From NCBI GenBank assembly GCA_030390025.1, contig CM059443.1:59458001-59522000 (forward strand): a stretch of DNA of 64,000 nt, in the 5' to 3' direction. The position numbers were made by a program, and so were the translations under genes. The notes under the pieces are model-generated. The model saw only the letters and a program-made list of their open reading frames with translations. It did not search any database and was not told the DNA's origin. This DNA comes from Squalus acanthias (Eukaryota). Shown here in pieces: positions 23,380-36,072 of this stretch (positions are counted from its first letter, which is position 1; each line of letters begins with the position of its first letter).

Positions 23380-24517
23380 TTTCAAAATTTGCAGATGACA
23401 CGAAACTTGGAGGTGTAGTGAACAGTGAGGAGGAGAGTGATGGACTTCAAGAGGACACGCACAGGCTGGTAGAATGGGCGGACACGTGGCAGATGAAAGT
23501 TAACGCAGAAAAGTGCGAAGCGATACATTTGGTAGGAAGAACAAGGAGAGGCAATATAAACTAAAGGGTACAATCCTAAAGGTGGTGCATGAACAGAGAG
23601 ACCTGGGGGGTATATGTGCACAAATCGTTGAAGGTGGCAGGGCAGGTTGAGAAAGTGGTTAAAAAAGCTTATGGGATCCTGGGCTTCATAAATAGAGGCA
23701 TTGGGCTAGAAATTGTGTTGCTTTGCACCTCTCGTTAGCGCCCTAGCGCTTAGAGACTGCACGTAGCGCTGCGACATTGAGTAGTAGCACCCCAAGAAGG
23801 AGGTGGAGCGCTTCCAGTAGCGGGGTAGGGGCGGTAATTTTTTCAGGGCGTTAAAATTAGCGCCCCAGCGAGGTTAGCGCCCCAAAGTGGGCGCCACCCA
23901 ATTTTCCCCCATAGAGTACAAAAGCAAAGAAGTTATGATGAACATTTATAAAACATTGGTTCGGCCTCAACTGAAGTATTGTGTCCAATTCTGGGCACCA
24001 CACTTTAGGACGAATGTGAAGGCCTTAGAGAGGGTGCAGAAAAGATTTACAAGAATGGTTCCAGGGATGAGGGACTTCAGTTACGTGGATAGACTGGAAA
24101 AGCTGGGGTTGTTCTCCTTAGAGCAGAGAAGGCTGAGAGGAGAATTGATAGAATTGTTCAAAATCATGAAGGGTCTGGACACAGTAGATAGAGAGAAACT
24201 GTTCCCATTGGTGGAAGGGTCATGAACCAGAGGACACAGATTTAAGGTGATTGGCAGGAGCCCCAAAGGCGACATGAGGAAAAACTGTTTTTATGAAGCG
24301 AGTGGTTAGGATCTGGAATGCACTGCCTGAAAGGGTGGTGGAGGCAGACTCAATCATGGCTTTCAAAAGGGAATTGGATAAGTACCTGAAGGAAAAAAAA
24401 AATTGTGGGGCTACGGGGAAAGGGCGGGGGGGAGTGGGACTAGCTGAAGTGCTCGTGCAGAGAGCTGGCACGGGCTCGATGGGCCGAATGGCCTCCTTCT
24501 GTGCTGTAAACATTCTA
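23380..24517 (+). mobile_element. CR1 family C LINE fragment (RT C-terminal half to 3' end)
   Basis: SKFADDTKLGG, YKTLVRPQLKYCVQFW, RRLRGELIE, IWNALP; interrupted by the MITE at 23703-23910. Confidence 0.92.
23703..23910. mobile_element. Harbinger-type MITE nested in CR1
   Basis: GGGCTAGAAATTG / CAATTTTCCCCC termini; flanks ATT/ATA; the CR1 reading AGAGGC-ATAGAGTAC is restored on removal. Confidence 0.8.
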
Positions 24518-24757
24518 AATGGAAGGCAAGGTCAGAAACCACGTTGAGGGCAAGAGATTTGTTGCACTGAATGATTTGTTGTTGCACAGATTCATTCAGA
24601 CACTGGCATTCTCACTGCCGCTGGGACATTTATTACAGGACTGCAATACTTGGCCAGCAAATCATGCTAACCACGTCGTGTAAAGATTTGTGTGATTTGG
24701 CACAGGATGTCATGGTGTGTTGAGTCGCCAACCATGAATGTGACTCTGGAGCAGTTT

Positions 24758-25339
24758 CTTCTTCTTCTTAGGCAGTCCCTCGGAACAGAGGATTTACTTG
24801 CTTCCACACTAAAAATGAGTTCTCAGGTGACTGACGAGTCCAATGCGGGACCTACAGTCTCTGTCACAGGTGGGGCAGACGGTGGTTGAAGGGGCGGGTG
24901 GGTGGGGTGCTTGGGTTGATGTGCTGTTTACGCTTGGCTTCCGCTTGCTCCCGGCGAAGAGACATGAGGTGTTCGAGGTGTTCGAGGATGCTTCTCCTCC
25001 GCTTTGTGCGGTCTTGGGCCAGGGATTCCTAGGTGTCGGTGGGGATGTTGCATTTTTTCAAGGAGGCTTTGAGGGTGTCCTTGAAGCGTTTCCTCTGCCC
25101 ACCTGGGGCTCTCTTGCCGTGTCGGAGCTCCGAGTAGAGCGCTTGTTTTGGGAGTCTCGTATCAGGCATGCGGACGATGTGGCCCGTCCATCGGAGCTGA
25201 TCGAGCGTGGTCAGAGCTTCGATGCTGGGGATGTTGGCCTGAGCGAGAACACTGACGTTGGTGCGCCTATCCTGCCAATAGATTTGCAGGATCTTGCGGA
25301 GGCAGCGTTGGTGGTACCTCTCCAGTGCTTTTAGGTGCC
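24758..25339 (-). mobile_element. RTE-clade (BovB-like) LINE 3' fragment
   Basis: LERYHQRCLRKILQI.WQDRRTN, QLRWTGH; TSD AGCAGTTT at 24750-24757 and 25340-25347. Confidence 0.92.
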
Positions 25340-25789
25340 AGCAGTTTACACTTCTTATCTCAAACCCAAGATCCAATTACAGCCTTTAATACAATTCCAA
25401 GTATCCACTTACTCGAAGTAAAAGTGTGTGTGTTATTTTAAAGTGTGAAAACTTATCTTCCAATTAATTTTCCTTTTTTTCCTTCCGAGGACCATACAAC
25501 TTTAGCCTTTGGGTAACCTGCTCCCAGGCCTTTGGTAATGATACTCTGGCTGGCTACTATTAGTTAGACCAAAAGGCCTGATCTGGTGCTGTAGATTCTA
25601 TCCAATCCTATGTAAAGTGGGTTGGAGGAATCTGGAATGATGGAAATGTTTGCACATAAAGAAGCTGTTTGGCCTACCCTACTTGTGCTGATGCTGGGTC
25701 TTCAATCTGAGCTATCTACTCATCCCATTTCCTTTTCCTTCCCCGTCCTTTCCCTATCTCCTTTTATAGTCTTCCTTTTCAAATGCGTA

Positions 25790-26002
25790 TCAGAGAGCTG
25801 TGGAGGCTGAGTCATTGAATATATTCAAGGCAGAGATAGACAGATTTTTGAAAAATAGGGGGGGTTAAGGGTTATGGGGAGTGGGCAGGAAAGTGGAGTT
25901 GAGGCCAAGATCAGATCGGCCATGATCTTATTGAATGGCGGAGCAGGCTCGAGAGGCCGAATGGCCTACTCTTGCTCCTATTTCTTATGATTTTATGTTC
26001 TT
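25790..26002 (+). mobile_element. CR1 family A tail within an older decayed minus-strand CR1 (about 25630-26640)
   Basis: GGCCGAATGGCCTACTCTTGCTCCTAT tail. Confidence 0.75.
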
Positions 26003-26189
26003 ATCCAAATCCATCTTGAAAGATGTTGGATTCTCTGCCTCAATAGCCACTTGTCCATATTCTAATAACCCTCTGTGAGAAAAATTATCTTCTAACATTC
26101 CCCATTCGAGTGATAATCCTTCATCTCTGTCCCTCTGCTACCAGTTTTGCGACTGTGGTAACTATCTTTCAAAGTTTACCCTCACTTTA

Positions 26190-26458
26190 GGGGCGATTTT
26201 AACTCTACTCGCTCAGCAGAAACCTGGCGGGCGGGCAGTTAAAATCGCCCCTGGCTCTTACCTGTCCGAAAGCCGCCATGATCGCAACATCTGCAATTTT
26301 AACCTGCTCTCCTGAGCAGGCAACGAGGACACACGCCCGAAGCCAACAGGGTCCTTCTTTACATAGGCATGTTGCGGCCCGATGACATCATTGAGACCCG
26401 ACTGTAATTTTAACTCAGGCCTGAGCGGGAAATCCACCTGGAGTTAAAATCGGGGGCC
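26190..26458. mobile_element. Harbinger-type MITE
   Basis: GGGGCGATTTTAACTC / GAGTTAAAATCGGGGGCC; TSD TTA at 26187-26189 and 26459-26461. Confidence 0.75.
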
Positions 26459-26644
26459 TTAGTCTTTCATAATTTTGAAAATCTCAATTAAATTTCCCCT
26501 TAACCTTCTCTGTTCCAGTGAAAAAGAGTCCCACTTTTTCTTTATACCACCTTTCATTGCTGGTATCATTCTAATGAATCCTAACTGTACCTTTTCCATT
26601 GCTACCCTTCCTGTATTGGGAAGCTCAGAATTGTACGCAGTTAT

Positions 26645-27103
26645 CCTGGGCTGGAGCGCTTCAGCTATGAAGAGAGACTGGACAGGCTGGGGTTGTTTTC
26701 CTTCGAGCAGAGAAGGCTGAGGGGGGACCTGATTGAGGTGTACAAAATTATGAGGGGCATAGTTAGGGTAGATAGAAAGGAACTTTTCCCCTTAGTAGAG
26801 GGGTCAATAACTAGGGGGCATAGTTTCAAGGTAAGGGGCAGGAGGTTTAGCGGGGATTTGAGGAAAAACTTTTTCACCCAGAGGGTGGTTGGAATCTGGA
26901 ACTCACTGCCTGAAAGGGTGGTAGAGGCAGGAACCCTCACAACATTCAAGAAGCATTTAGATGAGCACTTGAAACGCCACAGCATACAAGGCTACGGACC
27001 AAGTGCTGGAAAATGGGATTAGAATAGACAGGGCTTGATGGCCGGCGTGGACACGATGGGCCGAAGGGCCTCTTTCTGTGCTGTATAACTCTATGATTCT
27101 ATA
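26645..27103 (+). mobile_element. CR1 family C 3' fragment
   Basis: EQRRLRGDLIEVYKIMRG...[15 protein letters not shown]. Confidence 0.92.
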
Positions 27104-27539
27104 ACTAAGGCCTAAGCGCTATCTTGTACAAATTCAGCATCAACCAAATGATGATTCTCCCTTTAATTTTCCCTTCCCCTCTCACCTGGCTATTTCTCGC
27201 TGCTTCATCACAGCTGTATGGCTGAGATAGTGAGCTCGGCAGCGTGAGAGCCCTTGACGGGAATCCAAGATCCCCTTCCCACTCTATGGCAGCGAACCTC
27301 GGTGCTTTAATGTGCTGAGAAACTCAAAGTTCATTTGAAATCTGCCGCACTGTCGACGAAAGTACATCAAGCTCCGCTCCAGAGACTTATTTTCCTCTTC
27401 ATTCCGGTTCTCTGTAATACAATCACATTTAGAACAATGTACTGCTTTGGACTCTAATTTTGCGAGTTTATTTCAAAAATAAATCCTTACTGGAAATGAG
27501 GAAGATTTTCTAAGACTAGAACAAGAGACTTGAGCTATA

Positions 27540-28017
27540 GTGTCAGCCGTGGCTCAGTGGGTAGCACACTCAACTCTGAGTCAGAAGGTTGTGGGTTCAA
27601 GTCCCACTCCATCGGAACTTGAGCACATGAAGCTAGGCTGACATTCCAGTGCAGTGCTGAGGGAGCGCCGCACTGTCAGAGGTGCCGTCTTTCAGATGAG
27701 ACGTTAAACCGAGGCCCCATCTGCTCTCTCAGGTGGATGTAAAAGATCCCGTGGCCACTATTTCGAAGAAGAGCAGGGGAGTTCTCCCTGGTGCCCTGGC
27801 CAATATTTATCCTTCAACCAACATAACAAAAAAGAAACACATGATCTGGTCATTGTTACATTGCTGTTTGTGGGAGCTTGCTGTGCGCAAATTGGCTGCC
27901 ACGTTTCCCACATTACAACAGTGACTCCACTTCGAAAGTACTTAATTGGTTGTAAAGCATTTTGAGACGTCCGGTGGTCGTGAAAGGCGCTATATAAATG
28001 CAAGTCTTTCTTTCTAT
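27540..28017 (+). mobile_element. SacSINE1-like SINE (full length)
   Basis: A and B boxes, Deu core, tail. Confidence 0.92.
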
Positions 28018-28789
28018 CTCGTTTGTTTTATATGTACTAAAATACTGCCCCCTAACGTCAGTTCGTATGCATGTTTGAAGATGCAATGTATAATTCATTA
28101 GAAGTATCGCTTCAATGTACAACATTCTTCATGTGCTTGGCAGTGGCCATTAACTCACTCATATTGATAATTCTCAACTGTAATTGAAAGGCTGCTTCTG
28201 AATAAATATGCTGCCTGATCCTTTGGATTGTAAGATAAATCTGTAATTACTGCCCCCGACAATTACATTTCTGCACATCCTTATGCATTGTAGTTTTCTT
28301 CAGCTAAGTTTCAATGCATTAAAAGTATTTAATCTAAAGTGCGCTACATTTTGAAAAATATTCTATTCTAACAGCACGATCAATGCTTTTTTTTTATTGC
28401 TGTGGAAGCTACAAGCAAGCTTACCAATAAAGAGAGGTGTGTGGAAATGGAGGCGAACACATGAGCTACATATCTGAACAAGGCAGAAGCACATCAAAAG
28501 GGTTGAGGTGATGCCAGCAGTAAAGCAAGATGGCATCTCAAACCCCCAAGTCACAACCTTGTAGCACATGCCAGCTTGTGAGCGATTCTTAATGAGTAGA
28601 TTCCGCGTTTGCTTGACTGATTTCCATTCTTACTCGGCAAAACTGGTGACTCTTTATTCTGTGCCTGACATCTTTAGCCTAATGGTTGGGGTTCAAACAA
28701 AGTCATAAACTGCGACTGTGAAGCACAAGCCAAATCCTTGCCTTTGTTTTTGCAAATCCCTCCATACCCTCGCTCCGCCCTATTCTCTG

Positions 28790-29279
28790 TCGTATTGCAC
28801 TCGAGAGGGTACAGAGGAGATTTACGAGGATGTTGCCAGGACTGGAGAATTTTAGCTATGAGGAAAGGTTGGATAGGCTGGGATTGTTTTCTTTGGAACA
28901 GAGGAGGCTGAGGGGAGACTTGATTGAGGTGCATAAAATTATGAGGGGCCCAGATAGAGTGGATAGGAAGGACCTATTTCCCCTAGCAGAGAGGTCAATA
29001 ACCAGGGGTATTAGATTTAAAGTAATTTGTAGAAAGATTAGAGGGGAGTTGAGGAGAACTTTTTTCACCCAGAGGGTGGTGGGGGTCTGGAACTCACTGC
29101 CTGAAAGGAACGTAGAGGCAGAAACCCTCATCACATTTAAAAAGTACTTGAAGTGCTGTAACCTATAGGGCTACGGACCATGAGCTGGAAAGTGGGATTA
29201 GCTGGAGAGCTCTATTTTGACCTGCACAGACACGATGGGCCGAATGGTCTCCTTCTGTGCAGTAAATTTCTGATTCTAT
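28790..29279 (+). mobile_element. CR1 family C 3' fragment
   Basis: SYEERLDRLGLFSLEQRRLRGDLIE...WNSLPE. Confidence 0.92.
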
Positions 29280-30135
29280 GGGCTGGATTTTACCAGCCCT
29301 GAGGAGGCGGGGTTGGAGGCGGGACCGCTGAGAAAATCAAAACGAATGGGAGCAGGTCCCCAACCCGCCTCCAACCAATCTTCCCGGGAGTCGGGTCCCC
29401 AATTTGCGCAGGGACCCGACTCCTAGCGGCGGGAAGAGGATTATAACCACTTAACTGCCTGTTAACAGGTAGTTAACAGGCAATTAAGTGGCTTTTTCCC
29501 ATTTTGCGACTTCTGCTGCGGGCTTCCCGATGTCGGGGAACCCCGCCAGGGTAACTGAGGCGTGCTGTGGGTCTGTTGTACTGTTGGTGTACAGATGACA
29601 GCTGCAGAAGTGGTGTGAAGGATGCAATGGGACACTGGTGAGTATCAGAGGTAAGGAAATGTTGGGAAAGTCATTTTCAATGTGTTTAGATTTTTCTGCA
29701 GGTGACAAGCTTTGAAGTGTTTGTGTGGCCTCACCTCAATGGGAGAAGTGACAGATCGCTTCTGTACCCTCACCTGCAGCTGCCATCTGTTTCATCCTAA
29801 GGAGAGAGTCAATGGAGAGCCTGGGTGCAAGGGCTCACCTTTGTACAGTGATTGTCAGTGTTTGACAGCACCTCAATGCTGTCAAACTCTGTCAAATCAT
29901 ATGTCAAAAGTAGATGTTTCATGTCTCTTTAAGAAAACTGGCAGATGAAGCGTCATCAACTAATGTCATCCGACACCGACTTTCCCTTAATTGTCCAGCA
30001 AGCCCGCAGGGCGGGCTTAACAAGGCCAATCAGGGGAAAATAGCGTCTGTGCGTCGGACGTCACTGGGGGCGGGACTAGAACCCGGAAGGCAGCAGTCCC
30101 GCCCCCAACTCGTCTTGGTGAGTAAAATCCAGCCC
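29280..30135. mobile_element. Harbinger-type non-autonomous element
   Basis: Perfect 14-bp TIR GGGCTGGATTTTAC; inverted relative of 58872-59710 and 62262-63061. Confidence 0.85.
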
Positions 30136-30844
30136 ATTGTATCCAGTCTTGTGTCCCAACACACATTCTGAGTGCTTCTGTTTCTGATCTGTGTGTGTAC
30201 ACACGCCTATTCCACTTTCAATGGTGGAGTCTCCAGCCACCCTGCTCTTTTAATAAACCCCTCCGCCTTGACATCTATTTCCTTGCCTTCTAAAGTCTCC
30301 TTAAAATCTGCATCTCTGAGCATGCCTTTGGTCACCTCCCCATAACATTTCTCTCATCTCCTGCTCCTGGGTGTCCTCTGATCTCTTGCAAAGTGCCTCA
30401 GGACATTTTGTATGAAAGAGATGCCAGATGAATGTCAGATGTTGTTGACATGCAAAGTCTTAACCTCAAGATTTGATTACAGCCTTCAACTCAATTCTGA
30501 GTATTGATTCTTCTACAAGGAAAGCTGCTAAAATATGTTTTTCCCTCTTATCTTTGAAGGCAAGAGGCCCAGTGTTCTTCCAGTTAATTTTCCTTTCCCG
30601 CTGGGCTGCCTACCAGTTGCAACCAAGAATGATCAGTCGGTAACCTGCTCCCAGGTCGCTTTCAACGCCATCGTGAAGTGGCTTCTAGGAGGTGGGTGAG
30701 AGCATCACAGTAAGGAGCTGCATGCATCTACAGAGAAGAAAATGTTGCTGTAATACGACAAGCAAGAAAGAGCCATGTAGCTTCTGGTGAAATGCGATAC
30801 TAGCTGGTCTAGTGTGTGTCCCCTATGAAATGCATAAGTAGGTG

Positions 30845-31258
30845 GAACGGTAGCATAATGGTTATGTTACTGGACTAGTAATGCAGAGGCCTGGAGTAAT
30901 AATCTGGAGACATGAGTTCAAATCCACAGCATTAAAATTCAGTTAGTCAAATAAATCTAGAATAAAAAGCTAGTATCAGTGACCATTTAACTACCGGCTT
31001 GTTGTAAAAACCCATCTGCTTTACTAATGTCCTTTAGGGAAGGAAATCTGCCGTCCTTACCCGGTCTGTCCTATATGTGACTCTTAACTGTCCTCTGAAA
31101 TGGGCCTAACAAGCCACTAACAGCACTGTGGGAGTACCATCACCACACGGACTGCAGCGGTTCAAGAAGGCGGCGGCTCACCACCACCTTCTGAAGGGCA
31201 ATTAGGGATGGGCAATGAATGCTGGCCTTGCCCACATCCCGTGAATGAATTAAAAAAA
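30845..31258 (+). mobile_element. tRNA-derived SINE, family B
   Basis: TAGCATAATGG A box, GAGTTCAAATCC B box, same core and tail as 4490-4870. Confidence 0.8.
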
Positions 31259-31392
31259 GTCACAAATGATATTTAACACAAAGAAATGTAACTTCTGCAC
31301 AGAGGAAGAAATTAAACAGGCAGTACTCCATGAACAGTGCTGCTCTAGCTAACCATAAAGTTGAAAGAGAACTAGGGGTATTAGTAGACATT

Positions 31393-31659
31393 GGGGGTAA
31401 GATCGGCAGGGGTAAAAAATGGGCGGTAATGGAATCGGTCGCCCGTTGCCAATTTTTCATTCCATTTAATGTCTGCAGGGACAGCAATGCCTCCAGTGCA
31501 TGGTTTGGGGGGGCGGGGGAAGATGTGGTTAATTTACAATGTAGCGGATCGGCTACCCGTTATACACCCCGCTGAGTTTTCCTTTCCATTGAAGTTTGGC
31601 GGGGTGTGTAACAGGTGGCTCGTCCTTCCCGCCACCGCCAAAAGTTAAAATTTACCATC
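31393..31659. mobile_element. Degenerate Harbinger-type MITE
   Basis: GGGGGTAAGAT / AAAATTTACC termini; interior like 34210-34397. Confidence 0.5.
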
Positions 31660-31719
31660 TTGGCCTCTTCAGAATCTTGTGAGTTCCAGCCCCCTCTCTG
31701 GGACTTCAGCATATAATGC

Positions 31720-32522
31720 TGGCCGACATTAAACTGTGCCGTGGTCTGGCCAGATCACATCGAGAGCATTTCGTCCTGTTCTGGTTAACAAGCAACATTG
31801 AAGACCTCGGGACAGAGAAGAGCCATGGACATCACAAAAACAGAGTTGTTAGGCAAGACTGTAGGAAATTGGACCTTTTAGCCTTGAGAGGAGACAACTG
31901 AATGGTAATCTTGTGGAGGTGTATAAGATAGAAAGTGGCATGAAACAGATAAATCTGGACTTCTACTTAAATTGTAACAGTGGAACAAGGGGACATGGGT
32001 CATGCTAGTGAAGGGAAACTTCAAGTCCGATGTTAGGAAATTCTGCACATGAAGAGTGCTCAACATATGCTAAGGCCTGCTGGTCAGGGTGAAAGAGACA
32101 AAAGCACTGTCGTCATTTAAGAAACAGTTGGATGCTGTGATGGGGAGGATGAGAGGCGACTTAATAGAGGTTTATAAGATGATGAGGGGGATAGATAGAG
32201 TGGATGTTCAGAGACTATTTCCTCGGGTGGATGTAGCTGTTACAAGGGGGCATAACTATAAGGTGCATGGGGGAGATATAGAAGGGATGTCCGAGGTAGA
32301 TTCTTTACTCAGAGAGTGGTTGGGGTGTGGAATGGACTGCCTGCTGTGATAGTGGAGTCGGACACTTTAGGAACTTTCAAGCGGTTATTGGATAAGCACA
32401 TGAAGCACACCAGAATGATAGGGAGTGGGATAGCTTGATCTTGGTTTCGGACAATGCTCGGCACAACACCGAGGGCCGAAGGGCCTGTACTGTGCTGTAC
32501 TGTTCTATGTTCTATGTTCTAT
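31720..32522 (+). mobile_element. Old decayed CR1 followed by a younger CR1 3' end (32146-32522)
   Basis: RMRGDLIEVYKMMRG; (GTTCTAT)n tail. Confidence 0.75.
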
Positions 32523-32929
32523 AACTGTAGGTTCCTGGACGGATAATTTAAGATGGGGCGAATGGTCGTCTTCGTCTGTATCTATCTTGCGATCTTCTGT
32601 ATTAGGGGACATACTGGGGTCGGTTCTGATGACTGAGAACAGTCTCTATATACTGCATCAAGAGTACCTTGCAGTAAGCAGTGGTCTGTAGGGGGAAGGA
32701 AGTGGTGAGGCTCATGTTGCTTACAAGCAGGTTAGTTTTCAAAATCTTTTGTTTCTTGAGGTGCATTCTAAGAAAGAACTTGCATTATATAGTGTCTTTC
32801 GTAGCCTCAGGCCGTCCATTCTATTTGTACAATCCACTTGTAATAGTGCTAAATGAAGCGGCACGTTTTTTCAAATAGTTATGATGATCATACGAAAGGA
32901 TATAATAAGAAATAGGCAATTGTTTCAAT

Positions 32930-33155
32930 AGTCATTCCTGGGATGTGGGCGTCGGTGGCAAGACCAGCATTTATTGCCCATCCCTAATTGCCCTTGAGAA
33001 GGTGGCGGTGAGCCGCCTTCTTGAACCGTTGCAGTCCGTGTGGTGGCGGGAGTTCCAGGATTTTGACCCAGCGACGATGAAGGAACTGCCGATATATTTC
33101 CAAGTCGGGATGGTGTGTGGCTTGGAGGGGAACTTGGAGGTGGTGGTGTTCCCGC
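32930..33155 (-). mobile_element. CR1-group LINE family B, 3' end
   Basis: Reverse of the 5225-5475 sequence, with an internal deletion. Confidence 0.85.
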
Positions 33156-33289
33156 ATAAAGTTCCTTTCACAGCCTACGCACAACCCCTGTATCGTGGAC
33201 TCTACTCCATCGGTTTAATTTCCTGGGGGTTGCCTGAATGTTGGGTTATTCTTGACGGTGTGATGGATGAAGGCAACACCTGCTGCTGT

Positions 33290-34080
33290 GCCAACCAGGC
33301 AGACCAGAAGGTTTCAGGCTTGATTCTCGGCCTGTACTGAGCTAGCTATTCTCAGCCAGGGTAGTGTTAAAATAGACCTCATTACCCCTTGCCTAGGGAG
33401 GGGGAAACTCTGCTGGGGTTCATTATCCAGACTGACAAAAGCAAGATTGTGTGCGGGTAGGACCGGGCCTAACTGTGCTGCTTTCCACGGTTGAATAGCC
33501 TGCTGAAAAAAACAGACTTGCATTTATATAGCGCCTTTCACGACCTCAGGACATCTCAAAGTGCTTTACAACCAATGAAGTACTGTCACTGTTGTAATGT
33601 AGGAAACGCAGCAGCCAATTTGCGCACAGCAAGCTCCCACAAACAGCAATGTGATAATGACCTGATAATCTGCTTTTGTTATGTTGGTTGCGGGATAAAT
33701 ATTGGCTCAGGACACCGGGGAGAACTCCCCAGCTCTTCTTCGATATAGTGCCATGGGATCTTTTACGTCCACCTGAGAGAGCAGACGGGGCATCGGTTTA
33801 ACGTCTCACCCGAAAGACGGCACCTCCGACAGTACAGCACTCCCTCAGCACTGCACTGGAGTGTCAGCCTGGATTTTTGTGCTCAAGTCTCTGGAGGGGT
33901 CTTGAACCCACAACCTTCTGACTCAGAGGCGAGAGTGCTACCCACTGAGCCACGGCTGACAGTCATTGTCTAGGCTCACATATGAAGCATTGGCCACTTG
34001 GGAGACGCACTGGAGGGCTGCTAGGACCTGTGGGATTGCAAACTACCGTGGGTTAGGTACTTTAGGAAAGGAGCTGGTGG
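33290..34080 (+). mobile_element. Ancient SINE (AmnSINE2-like by recall) split by a SacSINE1-like copy
   Basis: ACCAGAAGG..CTGTACTGAGCTAGCT..CTAGGGAGGGGAAA..GAATAGCCTGCTGA, then after the insertion GTCTAGGCTCACATATGAAGCATTGGCCACTTGGG. Confidence 0.55.
33506..33961 (-). mobile_element. SacSINE1-like SINE (full length)
   Basis: Head, Deu core and tail. Confidence 0.92.
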
Positions 34081-34209
34081 GGTGGGGGGGGAGAATAGCA
34101 GGATTATAAGGAGTCATTCTGGCAGTGGCTCACCGGAGACATAAACCACTGAGCACAAGGGATCAATAAGTGAAGGTCATTGTATAAATGGAACAAAATC
34201 TGGGTCATG

Positions 34210-34397
34210 GGAGGTAGTTTTCAACTCCACTGCTTGGCAGTATACCGGGGGAGCAGATCACCCACTCATTTTCGAATCGGCCCGATTTTAATTTCCATTG
34301 GAATGAATGAAAATGGATGTCGGGCGGGTTCGACAACGGGCGAGAGATTCACTCCGCCAGATTACAGCCCTATCGGTGAGGGTGAAAATTGACCCCC
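34210..34397. mobile_element. Harbinger-type MITE
   Basis: GGTAGTTTTCA / TGAAAATTGACCCC termini. Confidence 0.55.
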
Positions 34398-34591
34398 TCC
34401 CCCTCCCCTCCCATAGTTACACCACGTGCATCAAACAAGGAGTAGACTTGCCTGTCCTACCTTTAAAAGTACCTGGGGCAAAGTAATTCAGTTGGCCTCT
34501 ACTTTACCCTGATTAAAAGACCCATTGCGAACTGCGTAGAAATGAAGGAAAAAGATCCGAGCCGGGAGAAGCGATCGATGCTGAACAGAAA

Positions 34592-35244
34592 GGGCTGGAT
34601 TTTGTCTTGGGGTCGGGTTGGGGTCGTGTCATCCGCATTTCGTGTTTCCCCCCCCCCGACTCCAGATTAATGTGGATGAATGATGCAATTTTCACCTAAT
34701 TGGGCAATTGAGTTCCAGCATGTGGGAACCCATGAACCAATTAGTGGTTTCAGTCTGAAAGTTGCCTCTGATGATGTCATCATTGCTGCTGCATTGCAGG
34801 TCAGAGACTGACTGGATGTTGGTGAGAGAGGACCTGGATGCAAAATGGAGTGAGAGAGAGAGAGAGAGAGAGAGACCAACCAAGTCCTCTCACAGCAAAG
34901 GCCATGCAGTCTCTGAAGACATTCAATGCAGCAGCATCAGAGGCCACTTTCAGACCTAATACTACTACTACCTTCATCACATCTCCGTTGTAATAGTGGA
35001 CCTGCAGCTTATAGTCAGCTATCCACTTGTGCTCCCGCCAGGTTTCACTGGAGTGTTTCACATCAGGCGTGCTTCACGTCACGCCTCTTGGAGGCGGGAC
35101 GGAGTCGGGAACCCCGCGACTGATTTTGTCAAAATTGCGTGGAGGCGGGATTGAGTCGGAATGGGGTCGGGACCCCCGACCCCGCAAATTTAACCCCCGA
35201 CACGCCTCCAAACCCGACTCCATGGGTCATTCAAAATCCAGCCC
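34592..35244. mobile_element. Harbinger-type non-autonomous element with an internal palindrome around (GA)n
   Basis: Perfect 13-bp TIR GGGCTGGATTTTG; TSD AAA at 34589-34591 and 35245-35247. Confidence 0.88.
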
Positions 35245-36072
35245 AAAGGGTTCACTTGCACTGTGCACGACACTGAAGTGAACGCTATGGAAGCGGTCAT
35301 TCATTTGCAAAGTTTTACAATATAAAGAAATCATTCACTTCTGGAGTTTTTTTTTCCACTCGAGTGTATTTGCTGAGTTAACAGAGTCTAGACAAAATAA
35401 AATGCTGTAATTGCCCTTATACTGAGATATATTATACACACAGCGAGATACCCAGTTGGGAGTGTGTGAGGAACCGTTTGCGATATAATTCAAAGTCTCT
35501 ACACAGCGCTGCGTACATATATCATATAGCGAATTCACGTAGACTACATAATGAAATGCATATATCACGCAGTGAAATACTACATAGTAGTTACCATCTA
35601 GTGACATGCCTGCAGTGAATTTGTGTATTTCTTACCTTCATTAAAATCATTTAGTAAACACTAGATTTGGTAGGGGAGGGATGATGAGCGAACAGCTGGT
35701 TGGATTAGAAATAGAGCTTAAAAATACGTGCTCCCCCCCGCCCCCACTTCCGCACCCTGTTTGTTCATTTGGTAACGCCTCGAATTTAAAATTCTCATCC
35801 TTGTGTTCAAATCCCTCCATGGCCTCGGCCCGCCCTATCTCTGTAACCTCCTCCAGCCCTTCAACCCTCCGTGATCTTTGTGCTCTTCCAATTCTGGCCT
35901 CTTGCGCTTCCCCGATTTTAATCGCTCTACCATTGGTGGCCGTGCCTTCAGCTGCCGAGGCCCTAAGCTCTGGAATTCCCTCCCTAAACCTCTCCGCCTC
36001 TCTACCTTTCTCTCCCCCTTTAAGATGCTCCTGAAATACCTACCTCTTTGACCAGTCTCCTGTCCTAATATC

